The notes under the pieces are model-generated. The model was not told where the DNA came from, did no database searches, and saw nothing but the letters and a program-made list of their open reading frames with translations. DNA of 32,000 nt, taken from NCBI RefSeq assembly GCF_000011805.1, contig NC_006840.2. The stretch is one strand, 5' to 3'. The DNA is from Aliivibrio fischeri ES114 (GTDB lineage: Bacteria; Pseudomonadota; Gammaproteobacteria; Enterobacterales; Vibrionaceae). Shown here one piece after another: positions 1 through 10,942 of the stretch. Each line of letters starts with the position of its first letter. The stretch's first letter is position 1. Made by a program: the position numbers and the translations under genes.

Positions 1-1396
<1,396 letters not shown>

Positions 1397-1398
1397 TA

Positions 1399-2184
1399 TT
1401 ATTCCTTGTTGGATTTATTGTAATCACGTAACCATAAATCTGCATAGCGATTAAACGTCACACTGGCACTTAACATTGCTAATAGCAAGCCATGTCGGCC
1501 ATCTAAAAAACCACGTTTTAGAATGTACATGCGAATAAAGCAAAAGAAACCATGGAAAAAAGCACCACTTAATGAGCCTTTCTTTTTTCCTTCTCGCTGA
1601 TCAACCCATGACTTAATGTACATAACATTTTTCGCATTGTATTGATGTAAAACGTCGTACGTAAAATGCAGTAAACGACCGGATAATGGGGCCACTTGAA
1701 CGCCATCAGGGACTGACACACTTTCATGAACCAAAGCATCATTATAAGCCATGTCATTCACTTTATATAAACGCACCACCCAATCTGGCGACCAACCAGA
1801 GTGCTTAATGAACTTCCCAAAGGCAGAGCTAAGACGATTTATCTTATACGCCACATTCGGTTTATTGGCTTTTACCGCCGTCAAAATATCTTCTTTTAAC
1901 TCAGGCGTAACTCGCTCATCGGCATCCAACCACAGCACGTAATCGGCTGTCACATATTGCTGTGCTAACTGACGCTGCTTACCAAATCCCGGCCATTCGG
2001 TGTTTACAAAAAAACGATCGGTAAATTGACGAGCAATGCTTTCTGTTTCATCCGTGCTGCCAGAATCGAGAATCACGATTTCATCCACCCAGCCTTGTAC
2101 GGTTTCTAAACAGGCTTGTAAATGCTTCGCTTCATTTTTTACGATAAGTGCTACCGCTAACGTCGGCGTCGAAGAGTGAGTCAT
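1399..2184 (-). CDS. Glycosyltransferase family 2, WaaE/KdtX-like LPS core glycosyltransferase
   Basis: GT-A N-terminus LAVALIVKNEAKHLQACLETV..DEIVILDSGSTDET plus LDADE (DxD-like). The C-terminal hydrophobic tail and the ~260-aa size resemble KdtX/WaaE-type enzymes. It lies 2 nt from the downstream GT4 gene. Confidence 0.75.
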   Translation of the reverse strand: MTHSSTPTLAVALIVKNEAKHLQACLETVQGWVDEIVILDSGSTDETESIARQFTDRFFVNTEWPGFGKQRQLAQQYVTADYVLWLDADERVTPELKEDILTAVKANKPNVAYKINRLSSAFGKFIKHSGWSPDWVVRLYKVNDMAYNDALVHESVSVPDGVQVAPLSGRLLHFTYDVLHQYNAKNVMYIKSWVDQREGKKKGSLSGAFFHGFFCFIRMYILKRGFLDGRHGLLLAMLSASVTFNRYADLWLRDYNKSNKE

Positions 2185-2193
2185 GACGTATCC

Positions 2194-3288
2194 TTATTGA
2201 TGGCGTAAACGTAAAAAAGCCTCTTTTACCATATCAAGCGTAATGTCTTGCATAATATGGTCACCTTTAACACGCGTACTCCATTTTAAATCTTCAATGG
2301 GTTTATTTTGTTGTTGGGTTACATGGTGTTCATACACGCTCACTACATAAGGTAAGCTATTATATGGCCCGGTACGTTTTGGGTTGCTGTGACCATACAA
2401 GCCAATGACAGGCGTGTGTTGAGTTGTGGCAATATGAGCGGGGCCAGAATCCGGCGCAATCACCACGGTCGCTTTTTTCAAGACAGCCGTTAATTGCTTT
2501 AATGACGTTAGGCCAATAATATTAATAAGAGGAGATTGAGCTAAGGATTCAATCGCAGCACCAAGTTGCTTTTCACGTTCACTTGGCGAACCACATAACA
2601 CCACTTGATAACCTTGTTCATTTAACCAATCCGCCAATTGAGCGTAGCGCTCGGTTAGCCAGTTACGCTCGTCTTTGCTTGCTGCTGGAGAGATCACCAC
2701 ATACGGTTTTTCTGAGGATACATGTGTATCAATAAAGGCCAAATCCACTTCGGATAAAGGGATGTTCCACGAGGGCTCACGTTTAGGTACACCTAAATAC
2801 TCAATAAAAGCGTAAAAGCTATCCAGTACGTGTGCAGATGCAGTATCTTCAATTTTACGGTTGGTAAATAACCATTGGCCTTCTTTTGCTCGTTTTCGAT
2901 TAAAGCCTACCTTGTATTTTGCCTTAATCCCCACCGTTAGTAGGCTGGCTCGTAATGCGAGTTGCATGTGAACTAAGGCATCAAATTGTTGATCTTTCAA
3001 TTGATGCCAAATGGTTCTCATGCCTGCAAGGCCTAATTTCTTATCAAACGGGATCACCGTAATACCGGGTAAATCATGGATCAATTGCGCCTCTACTTTC
3101 CCTACTATCCACGTAATTTTCGTGCTTGGCCATGTTGTTTGAATCGTCTGAACCGCTGCAATAGCATGACAAACGTCCCCAATGGCAGAGAGTCTCAAAA
3201 TACATAAAGAGTGAGGGGCTGAGGTGAATAAAGGCATAGAGATGTTAACCCTGTAAGAATGAGGTAGAATTATGCTATTAACCGTCAT
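2194..3288 (-). CDS. Glycosyltransferase family 9 (ADP-heptose:LPS heptosyltransferase family; WaaC/WaaQ-like)
   Basis: N-terminal ILRLSAIGDVCH and C-terminal VIAPDSGPAHIATT...GLYGHSNP are GT9 signatures. The real start is probably M18 (ATG 3237-3235, MPLFTSAPHSLCILRLSAIGD) rather than 3288. Confidence 0.8.
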   Translation of the reverse strand: MTVNSIILPHSYRVNISMPLFTSAPHSLCILRLSAIGDVCHAIAAVQTIQTTWPSTKITWIVGKVEAQLIHDLPGITVIPFDKKLGLAGMRTIWHQLKDQQFDALVHMQLALRASLLTVGIKAKYKVGFNRKRAKEGQWLFTNRKIEDTASAHVLDSFYAFIEYLGVPKREPSWNIPLSEVDLAFIDTHVSSEKPYVVISPAASKDERNWLTERYAQLADWLNEQGYQVVLCGSPSEREKQLGAAIESLAQSPLINIIGLTSLKQLTAVLKKATVVIAPDSGPAHIATTQHTPVIGLYGHSNPKRTGPYNSLPYVVSVYEHHVTQQQNKPIEDLKWSTRVKGDHIMQDITLDMVKEAFLRLRHQ

Positions 3289-3311
3289 AAATGTAAAATG
3301 ACAAAAACGCA

Positions 3312-3419
3312 GGGTTCAGAGCGGTCGTAAGCTCCCTTAAAGGATTCAGGGGGAGTAGCTGTTATTTTCGTAATCACCGCGAATACCTCTGAACCCTGCA
3401 AGCGAAGCGACCTGAAACC
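3312..3419 (-). repeat. Family-1 miniature inverted-repeat element, ORF-less, 108 bp, inverted relative to the copies at 21.9-24.4 kb
   Basis: 3312-3352 GGGTTCAGAGCGGTCGTAAGCTCCCTTAAAGGATTCAGGGG is the reverse complement of the long arm type seen at 22039-22082. 3385-3419 ACCTCTGAACCCTGCAAGCGAAGCGACCTGAAACC is the reverse complement of the short arm type (GTTCAGATCGCTTCGCTTGCAGA.TTCAGAGGT). The element ends directly at the kdkA start region. Confidence 0.85.
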
Positions 3420-3431
3420 TTGGTTTTATAT

Positions 3432-4136
3432 ATGAAAATAATTAGAAACAAAAAACAAACCATTTGGTATGACGATTCAATTCTTAATGATTCACCAGAG
3501 CAATGCTGCAATCCAAACTACTGGCAACAGCAAAATAGGATTATCGGCTCAGCCCAAGGGCGAGGAACAACGTGGTTTATCGCATTAGAAAAGATGGACG
3601 CCGCCTTGCGTCATTATCGTCGTGGTGGTTTATTTGGCAAACTCATTAAGGATCACTACCTTTTCACCAGTTGGGAAGCCACACGCAGCCATCAAGAGTT
3701 TCAGCTGCTAAAAGTACTGAGATCCGCAAGTGTTAATGTGCCGAAACCCATCGCCGCCCGAGCCACTAAGCGAACGTTTTGCTATCAAGCGGACTTATTG
3801 AGTGAAAAAATCCCTAATGCCCGAGATCTTGTCGCTATCTTGCAAGAAAAGCCATTATCAGAAGAGATGTATCAAAAAATCGGTAACGAAATACGTAAAA
3901 TGCATGCAGTACAAGTGAACCACACCGATTTAAATATTCACAACATATTGATTGATGATAACGACAAAGTGTGGATCATTGATTTTGATAAATGCTATCA
4001 GCAAAAAGGCGACGATTGGAAGCAAAGTAACTGGGATAGATTACAGCGCTCATTTAAAAAAGAAGTAAACAAAAGACAAATACATTGGTCAGAGAATGAA
4101 TGGTCGCATTTACTCTCCGATCATCACACCATGTAA
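3432..4136 (+). CDS. kdkA: 3-deoxy-D-manno-octulosonic acid (Kdo) kinase
   Basis: ~235 aa. The kinase catalytic region HTDLNIHNILIDDNDKVWIIDFDK, the YRRGG motif and the position next to waaA match KdkA. The track ORF begins at TTG 3420; ATG 3432 (MKIIRNKKQTIWYDD) is the likelier start. Confidence 0.85.
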   Translation: MKIIRNKKQTIWYDDSILNDSPEQCCNPNYWQQQNRIIGSAQGRGTTWFIALEKMDAALRHYRRGGLFGKLIKDHYLFTSWEATRSHQEFQLLKVLRSASVNVPKPIAARATKRTFCYQADLLSEKIPNARDLVAILQEKPLSEEMYQKIGNEIRKMHAVQVNHTDLNIHNILIDDNDKVWIIDFDKCYQQKGDDWKQSNWDRLQRSFKKEVNKRQIHWSENEWSHLLSDHHTM

Positions 4137-4172
4137 TTTTACATTCACTTATTTACCGTTGGATTCATTATT

Positions 4173-6020
4173 TTGAATACGTTAACACTAAAACAGAAAT
4201 TGCATAGCCATGGTTGGCTTATTTTAATCAACAGTTTGATAGCAATGGCAATCGCAAGTCGTTACTTTGCGTTTTTACCGGAGATCCCAACGGATGTACT
4301 GGGCTTGAGCTTCCTTATCTCAGGCACATTCAGTCAAATGGTGTTGTTATCAGGATTAATTGGCCTTGTCGCTTTACCAGCTATTTTCATCTCTAACGCC
4401 AAGATGCGTAATGCGACTCAGGCGATTATTGCTTCATTGGGTATCGCGACGTTGTTCATTGATACAATGGTATTTGCCCAATACCGATTCCATATTAATG
4501 CCGTCGTCCTTGAGTTAGTGTTCTCTGGCCAAGTCGTGAGCTTCCCATTAATCACGTGGTTCACCGTGATTGGTGGTGTACTAGCCTTAGTGATGGGACA
4601 ATATCTATTGATTGCTTGGTTAGAAAAACCAGCCGTAATGACACAGCATAAGCTAGGCCGTAAATTTGCGTTGTTCACCTTCTTTGCCTTACTGGCCACA
4701 CACGGCATTCATATTTGGGCTGCAGCGAACGCTTATCAACCAGTCACTATGGTAAAACGTTATTTACCTGTTTTTTATCCTGCAACTTCTACAAGTATGA
4801 TGAAAAAGTATGGTTGGATAAATGAAGAAGCGATTGCTCAACAAAAAGCAATGAAACTGAATCGTAAGAGTGACCTTAACTATCCTCTTCAACCCCTCCA
4901 AAAAGAAGTAGTTGAAAAGCCAATCAATATTATGATTTTGGCGATTGATTCGTGGCGAGCTGATACATTTAATGCTGAGAACACCCCAAATCTATGGAAA
5001 TACGCACAAGAAGGTATGATTTTTAATAATCATATAGCAACGGGTAATGCGACTCGTACCGGTATTTTTGGTCTGTTTTACGGCATTCCTGGTACATATT
5101 GGCATGGTTTTCTAGCTAATCAAAAAACACCATTATTGATAGACCGTTTGCAAGAGTTAAATTATGACATGGGGATTTTTACTGCCGCTCAGTTAGAAAA
5201 ACCAGAGTTTAACCAAACGGTATTTAAAAATATTCCTAACTTACGGATTAAATCGGAAGGTAACTCACCTTCAGAGCTTGATAAAGATTTAACTAAAGAT
5301 TGGTTAGAGTGGTACAGCCATCGCGATACCTCAAAACCTGCATTTTCGTTTTTATTTTATGATGCACCACATGGGTATGACTTCCCAAAAGACTACGCTC
5401 ACCGTTATGAGCCAATGCTTGATAATATCAATTACCTAGAACTGAATAACGACAGTGATCCAACCTTGTTCTTCAATCGCTACAAAACCAGTGTTCATTT
5501 TGTTGATAGTGTAGCAAAACAGGTACTCGATAAGCTGAAAGAAACTGGTGATTTAGAAAATACTTTAGTGATCATTACCGGAGATCATGGGCAAGAGATG
5601 AATGATAATCGCCTTAATTTTTGGGGGCACAATGGTAACTTTACTAACGCTCAGGTTAATGTGCCATTCGCTATTTTTGGACCTAAAATTAATAGAAAAA
5701 CAGTTGAGTGGGGAACGAATGAATTAACCAGTCACCAAGATGTCGTTCCTACTTTAATGAAAAACTATTTAGGTGTTATAAGTGATATTAAAGACTATTC
5801 GGTAGGAGAGGATTTATTAGGTAAGCCTGTGGCTCGAGATTGGATCATGTCATCGAACTATAGTGGTTATGCTATTATTGATAATGACTCGATCTTAGAA
5901 GTGCATGCAACAGGTCAATATGAGCTATTAGATAAAACAAATCGCCCACTAAAAGACGGTAAGTTAAATTACCAACATCTTCAAGAAGCCTTAGAGCAGA
6001 TAAGTAGGTTTAATAAGTAA
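4173..6020 (+). CDS. Inner-membrane alkaline-phosphatase/sulfatase-fold protein, YejM/PbgA(LapC)-like (DUF3413 + sulfatase domain)
   Basis: The hydrophobic N-terminal ~190 aa has several TM segments (HGWLILINSLIAMAIASRYF recalls E. coli YejM WGHWFALFN..SRYL). This is followed by sulfatase-fold motifs ILAIDSWRAD and ITGDHGQE. The start in the track is TTG. Confidence 0.75.
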   Translation: MNTLTLKQKLHSHGWLILINSLIAMAIASRYFAFLPEIPTDVLGLSFLISGTFSQMVLLSGLIGLVALPAIFISNAKMRNATQAIIASLGIATLFIDTMVFAQYRFHINAVVLELVFSGQVVSFPLITWFTVIGGVLALVMGQYLLIAWLEKPAVMTQHKLGRKFALFTFFALLATHGIHIWAAANAYQPVTMVKRYLPVFYPATSTSMMKKYGWINEEAIAQQKAMKLNRKSDLNYPLQPLQKEVVEKPINIMILAIDSWRADTFNAENTPNLWKYAQEGMIFNNHIATGNATRTGIFGLFYGIPGTYWHGFLANQKTPLLIDRLQELNYDMGIFTAAQLEKPEFNQTVFKNIPNLRIKSEGNSPSELDKDLTKDWLEWYSHRDTSKPAFSFLFYDAPHGYDFPKDYAHRYEPMLDNINYLELNNDSDPTLFFNRYKTSVHFVDSVAKQVLDKLKETGDLENTLVIITGDHGQEMNDNRLNFWGHNGNFTNAQVNVPFAIFGPKINRKTVEWGTNELTSHQDVVPTLMKNYLGVISDIKDYSVGEDLLGKPVARDWIMSSNYSGYAIIDNDSILEVHATGQYELLDKTNRPLKDGKLNYQHLQEALEQISRFNK

Positions 6021-6028
6021 AACTGAAG

Positions 6029-6073
6029 TACCCCTTTTTGTTATAATAATAGGAATAAGGGGTATCATTTTTT
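6029..6073. terminator. Candidate rho-independent terminator between the convergent yejM-like and waaA genes
   Basis: Stem TACCCCTT (6029-6036) pairs with AAGGGGTA (6057-6064) across a 20-nt AT-rich loop, followed by TCATTTTTT (6065-6073). Confidence 0.5.
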
Positions 6074-6187
6074 ATAAAATGATTTACAGGTAAATTATGG
6101 TATTGATCATAATAAGATATGTAATTATTGAGTAGATATATTGTATATTCATTAGCTCTATCTTACAGTCGAATTATTATCGATTAA

Positions 6188-7444
6188 TTAAACTATATTT
6201 AAGGTTTTAATGACAGCACCAGAGTTTTTTGAAATAAAGCTTTGTGCATTTTTACCCATTTTCTCGGCATATTCTGGCTGAGTCATTAATTGCTCTAATA
6301 GGTTTGCCAGCTCTTCAGCAGAAATGATGACTTTCGTTGCGTCTTCTTTGATTAGCGTTTCAGCTATCTCTAAGAAATTATAATAACTTGGGCCAGTAAT
6401 GGACGGTTTAGCTAGTGCAGCAGGCTCAAGTAAATTATGACCACCCACTTTATTACCAAGTAAACTTCCGCCCATAAAGCAGATATCAGAAGCACCAATG
6501 AGCGTAAGCATTTCTCCCATCGTATCACCAAGATATATTTGACAATTTGGTGTTAATGTCTGGTTTGAAGTGCGTTTAACAGTTTTAAAATCAGCGCTTT
6601 GGCAAAGCTCAAATACTGAATTAAAGCGCTCGGGGTGACGCGGAACTAAAATTAATAACGCATTAGGTATCTTATGCAACAAAGAACGATGGGCAGCTAG
6701 AACTTGCTCATCTTCACCTTTATGTGTACTGGTCGCAATCCAAATAGGACGATCTTCTCCAAGTTGCTTACGAAGAATACCCCCTGAGGCTTGTATTTGC
6801 TCTGTAATTTCGATGTCAAACTTTACAGACCCTGTCACATGTACTTTCTCAGGTTGAATACCAAGAGCAACGAAACGATCTGCATCATCTTTATATTGGC
6901 AACAAACATGAGTTAGGTGTTTACCAAGTAGATTAAATATAGGCTGTACTTTTTTGTAGCCTAAAAAGGATTTTTCAGAAAGACGAGCATTTAATACTGA
7001 AATAGGAATGCCAAATTTGGCAACGGTATGCAGTGTATTTGGCCACAGTTCTGTTTCCATAATTAGCATCTTTTCAGGTTTAGTCGCTTTTAAAAAACCA
7101 CGAACCGCAAAGCAAAAATCAATCGGCATGTATCTGTGTTCAACCAAATCACCTAACTTTTCAATTTGCTCAGCGCCAGTACTTGTCGTCGTAGTGACAA
7201 GAATGGGTTGTTCAGGGGTTTGCTTCTTTAATGTTTTAATAATAGGAGCAGCAGCAATGGCTTCACCAACCGATACTGCATGAATCCATACTGGAGCCTG
7301 CGTTGTATTGAGTGATGGGGTGCAACCAAAGTGCTCTTTCCATCGTCGTCCAAAAGCAGGCTTTCCATCTTTTTTCTTATAAAGAGAATAGAGAAGCAAA
7401 GGGGATAATAAAGCTAAAAATAAAGAATAAATTAAACGAATCAT
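6188..7444 (-). CDS. waaA: 3-deoxy-D-manno-octulosonic acid transferase (Kdo transferase)
   Basis: 418 aa with an N-terminal membrane anchor, then VWIHAVSVGE and GGSL..GGHNLLEPA motifs typical of WaaA/KdtA. The start overlaps the waaF stop (ATGA at 7441-7444). Confidence 0.92.
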   Translation of the reverse strand: MIRLIYSLFLALLSPLLLYSLYKKKDGKPAFGRRWKEHFGCTPSLNTTQAPVWIHAVSVGEAIAAAPIIKTLKKQTPEQPILVTTTTSTGAEQIEKLGDLVEHRYMPIDFCFAVRGFLKATKPEKMLIMETELWPNTLHTVAKFGIPISVLNARLSEKSFLGYKKVQPIFNLLGKHLTHVCCQYKDDADRFVALGIQPEKVHVTGSVKFDIEITEQIQASGGILRKQLGEDRPIWIATSTHKGEDEQVLAAHRSLLHKIPNALLILVPRHPERFNSVFELCQSADFKTVKRTSNQTLTPNCQIYLGDTMGEMLTLIGASDICFMGGSLLGNKVGGHNLLEPAALAKPSITGPSYYNFLEIAETLIKEDATKVIISAEELANLLEQLMTQPEYAEKMGKNAQSFISKNSGAVIKTLNIV

Positions 7445-8466
7445 AATAATTTATTTAGTACTAAAATCGGTTTTAACTCTTTCAAGCACTTTAAATGACC
7501 AAGAGGGCAATCACGCTTAAAGCAAGGGCGACACTCAATATCAGTGCTTACAATATCGACTTTTTCCGCTAATGGTGGCGTGTATTTTGGTGATGTTGAA
7601 CCATAAACACCAACCACATGACAACCAACCGCAGCAGCAACGTGCATTAAACCAGAATCGTTACTTACAACGGTTTTACAAGCGGCAAGTAGATCAACAG
7701 CTTCAATTAAGCTTGTATCTCCAGCTAGGTTAAATACCGCTGCTTGGTTATCGGCATCCACTAAAGCTTTAATACTTTCAGTTGTTTCTTTATCTTTGGC
7801 AGAGCCAAATAACCATACTTGATGGCCACGGTTGATCATTTCGTTAGCAACGGCTGCATAATGCTCAACAGGCCACTGTTTTGCAGGACCAAATTCAGCG
7901 CCCGGGCACAAACCAAGAATAGGTTTATCAAGAGATAAAGAAAACTTCTCTAGAGTATTTTTTTGAACTTTCGCATCAATTGATAGAGCTGGGCGAGGTA
8001 AATTCTCTAACCCACCTAGTGAGCTTGAATCAATCATTTCAGATTTAGGATGAGCTAATGCCACATAGCGCTCAACCATGTATTGGAATGCTTTTTTATT
8101 TGGACGTAAATCGTTTAATAGCCCATAACGCATTTCACCTTTCCAACCCGTACGAACCGGGACCCCTGCAAACCAAGGAATAAGTGCTGATTTTGCAGAG
8201 TTCGGGCAAATGTAAGCGTGTGTATAGTTATTATTTTTTAACTCTTTACCAAGAGCACGACGACCTAACAGATTAAAATCACCATGACCAAGAGGCATTT
8301 CAATTGCTTGATTCACTTCAGGCATACGATCTAGAATAGGTTTACACCACGCTGGTGCCATTACATCAATAATGGCTTTAGGATGTTGTTGTTTTAGTGT
8401 GATATAGAGTGATTGGGACATCACCATATCACCCACCCATGATGGGCCAATGATTAGTATTTTCAT
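7441..8466 (-). CDS. waaF: ADP-heptose:LPS heptosyltransferase II
   Basis: MKILIIGPSWVGDMVMSQSLY..., NDSGLMHVAAAVG and a C-terminal CRPCFKRDCPLGHLKCL are close to enterobacterial RfaF. The likely start is ATG 8466-8464; the track ORF extends to 8487. Confidence 0.9.
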   Translation of the reverse strand: MKILIIGPSWVGDMVMSQSLYITLKQQHPKAIIDVMAPAWCKPILDRMPEVNQAIEMPLGHGDFNLLGRRALGKELKNNNYTHAYICPNSAKSALIPWFAGVPVRTGWKGEMRYGLLNDLRPNKKAFQYMVERYVALAHPKSEMIDSSSLGGLENLPRPALSIDAKVQKNTLEKFSLSLDKPILGLCPGAEFGPAKQWPVEHYAAVANEMINRGHQVWLFGSAKDKETTESIKALVDADNQAAVFNLAGDTSLIEAVDLLAACKTVVSNDSGLMHVAAAVGCHVVGVYGSTSPKYTPPLAEKVDIVSTDIECRPCFKRDCPLGHLKCLKELKPILVLNKLL

Positions 8467-8548
8467 TATGCGTATCCAGAAAATCAATGGTTGGTTATGG
8501 TAAAGTAGTAGTATACTTTAATTAAAATTAAAACGCTTAGGAAGTTAT

Positions 8549-9739
8549 ATGAACTCAATTCTGTCATTAATTGGCCGAGACACAGAACTTTTCCATCAAG
8601 ATATTAATGCCAACGAAAAAGAGCTACAAAGTGTAGTTTCTCAATCTCGCTTCCTTGTTCTTGGTGGTGCTGGCTCGATTGGTCAGGCTGTTACTAAAGA
8701 AATATTCAAGCGTAACCCTCAAAAATTACACGTTGTTGATATTAGTGAAAACAACATGGTTGAACTGGTTCGCGATATTCGTAGCTCATTTGGTTACATC
8801 AATGGTGATTTTCAAACATTTGCGTTAGATATTGGTTCTATTGAATATGACGCATTTATCAAGGCAGATGGACAATATGATTATGTGTTAAACCTATCAG
8901 CTCTTAAACATGTACGTAGTGAAAAAGACCCGTTTACTCTGATGCGTATGATCGATGTAAACGTGTTTAATACAGATAAAACTATTCAGCAATCTATTGA
9001 TGCCGGCGCTAAAAAATACTTCTGCGTATCTACTGATAAAGCGGCAAATCCGGTAAATATGATGGGGGCTTCAAAGCGTATTATGGAAATGTTCTTAATG
9101 CGTAAGAGTGAAGAAATTGCCATTTCTACTGCTCGTTTTGCTAATGTGGCTTTCTCTGATGGCTCTCTTCTCCATGGTTTTAATCAACGAATTCAAAAGA
9201 ACCAACCGATTGTGGCTCCAAATGACATCAAGCGTTATTTTGTTACTCCACAAGAGTCAGGTGAGTTGTGTTTGATGTCGTGTATTTTTGGTGAAAACCG
9301 AGACATATTCTTCCCTAAGTTGAGTGAAGCATTACATCTTATTTCATTTGCAGATATTGCGGTAAAATACTTAAAGCAACTTGGTTATGAACCACATCTA
9401 TGTGAAAGCGAAGATGAAGCCCGTGAACTTGCTAAAACATTACCAGCTCAAGGTAAATGGCCATGTTTATTCACATCTAGTGACACAACGGGTGAAAAAG
9501 ATTTTGAAGAGTTTTTCACTGATAAAGAAACACTAGATATGGCGCGCTTTGATAATTTAGGCATCATTAAAAATGATTCACTTTATCAACAAGAGTTACT
9601 TGAACTGTTTGAACAAAAGATAGGTCAAATGAAGACAGATCGTCAGTGGACTAAAGAAGAAATAGTACAATTATTCTTTATCATGATCCCTGATTTTGGA
9701 CATAAAGAAACAGGTAAGTACCTCGATAGTAAAATGTAA
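8549..9739 (+). CDS. legB: NDP-N-acetylglucosamine 4,6-dehydratase (CapD/PglF-C-terminal type; LegB/LgaA role)
   Basis: Rossmann motif VLGGAGSIGQAV and an extended-SDR dehydratase-like body (STDKAANPVNMMGASKR). It is the first gene of the nonulosonic acid operon. Confidence 0.75.
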   Translation: MNSILSLIGRDTELFHQDINANEKELQSVVSQSRFLVLGGAGSIGQAVTKEIFKRNPQKLHVVDISENNMVELVRDIRSSFGYINGDFQTFALDIGSIEYDAFIKADGQYDYVLNLSALKHVRSEKDPFTLMRMIDVNVFNTDKTIQQSIDAGAKKYFCVSTDKAANPVNMMGASKRIMEMFLMRKSEEIAISTARFANVAFSDGSLLHGFNQRIQKNQPIVAPNDIKRYFVTPQESGELCLMSCIFGENRDIFFPKLSEALHLISFADIAVKYLKQLGYEPHLCESEDEARELAKTLPAQGKWPCLFTSSDTTGEKDFEEFFTDKETLDMARFDNLGIIKNDSLYQQELLELFEQKIGQMKTDRQWTKEEIVQLFFIMIPDFGHKETGKYLDSKM

Positions 9740-9762
9740 TTAAGAAAGTAGAGAGCAGAGTA

Positions 9763-10908
9763 ATGAGCAAAACACCACTGGTTGAGTTTGTACGAAATAT
9801 TTATCAAACCAATGACTTTATTCCACTTCATGCCCCAACGTTTGATGGTAATGAGCAGAAGTATGTTCTAGAGACTATTCAAAGTACTTTCGTATCTAGC
9901 GTTGGTAAATTTGTTGATGAGTTTGAACAGAAAATAGAAACCTATACGGGCACAGCAAAAGCAGTTGCGACGGTAAACGGAACCGCAGCGCTTCATGCTG
10001 CCTTATATATGGCCGGTGTTCAGCATGGTGATTTTGTCATTACTCAAGCACTTACTTTTGTTGCAACGTGTAACGCATTGCATCATATGGGGGCGGAGCC
10101 AATTTTTGTGGATGTGTCTCCTGTGAGTTTAGGGCTTTGTCCTAAAGCGATGGATGAGTATTTAACTCAACATGCACAGGTAACGGACACAGGCTGTGTT
10201 CATAAACAGACTAAGCGACCGATTCGTGCTGCTGTGCCAATGCATACCTTCGGACATCCTGTTGAATTAGATGAATTGATTGCAGTCTGTCATAAATGGA
10301 ATATCACTTTAGTTGAAGATGCAGCTGAAAGTTTAGGGTCTTTCTATAAAGGGAAGCACACGGGAACGCTAGGTGACTTTGGTGCCGTGAGTTTTAATGG
10401 CAATAAGATTATTACCACTGGTGGCGGCGGTATGGTGTTATGCAAAAGCGCAGAGCTTGGTGCTCGAACAAAGCATGTTACAACAACTGCAAAAGTACCA
10501 CACCCTTATGAGTTCTATCATGATGAAGCGGGTTTTAACTACCGAATGCCGAACTTAAACGCAGCGTTAGGTTGTGCTCAAATGGAAATATTGGAGACAT
10601 ACCTAGCTCAGAAAAAAGCGCTGGCGAATCACTACCAAGAATTTTTTGCTGAAAGTGACTTCCAATTTGTTGTTGAGCCTGAATACGCGCAGTCTAACTA
10701 CTGGCTAAACGCTGTGATTTGCCCATCAGCACAAGCGCGTGATGATTTATTAAAACAAACCAATGAATCAGGTGTAATGACTCGTCCGATTTGGCAGTTG
10801 ATGCATCGTTTACCTATGTTTAAAGATGCCCCTCGAGGTGATTTAACTCAGTCAGAGCATATTGAAGCGCATTTAATTAATTTACCTAGCACGCCTATTG
10901 CTCTGTAA
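9763..10908 (+). CDS. legC: PLP-dependent sugar aminotransferase (DegT/DnrJ/EryC1 family; LegC role)
   Basis: DegT-family features: TVNGTAALHAAL and SFNGNKIITTGGGGM, which carries the PLP-lysine region. It follows the dehydratase. Confidence 0.85.
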   Translation: MSKTPLVEFVRNIYQTNDFIPLHAPTFDGNEQKYVLETIQSTFVSSVGKFVDEFEQKIETYTGTAKAVATVNGTAALHAALYMAGVQHGDFVITQALTFVATCNALHHMGAEPIFVDVSPVSLGLCPKAMDEYLTQHAQVTDTGCVHKQTKRPIRAAVPMHTFGHPVELDELIAVCHKWNITLVEDAAESLGSFYKGKHTGTLGDFGAVSFNGNKIITTGGGGMVLCKSAELGARTKHVTTTAKVPHPYEFYHDEAGFNYRMPNLNAALGCAQMEILETYLAQKKALANHYQEFFAESDFQFVVEPEYAQSNYWLNAVICPSAQARDDLLKQTNESGVMTRPIWQLMHRLPMFKDAPRGDLTQSEHIEAHLINLPSTPIAL

Positions 10909-10942
10909 CTGAAACAAGATAACAAGAGGTAATCGGTTTATT

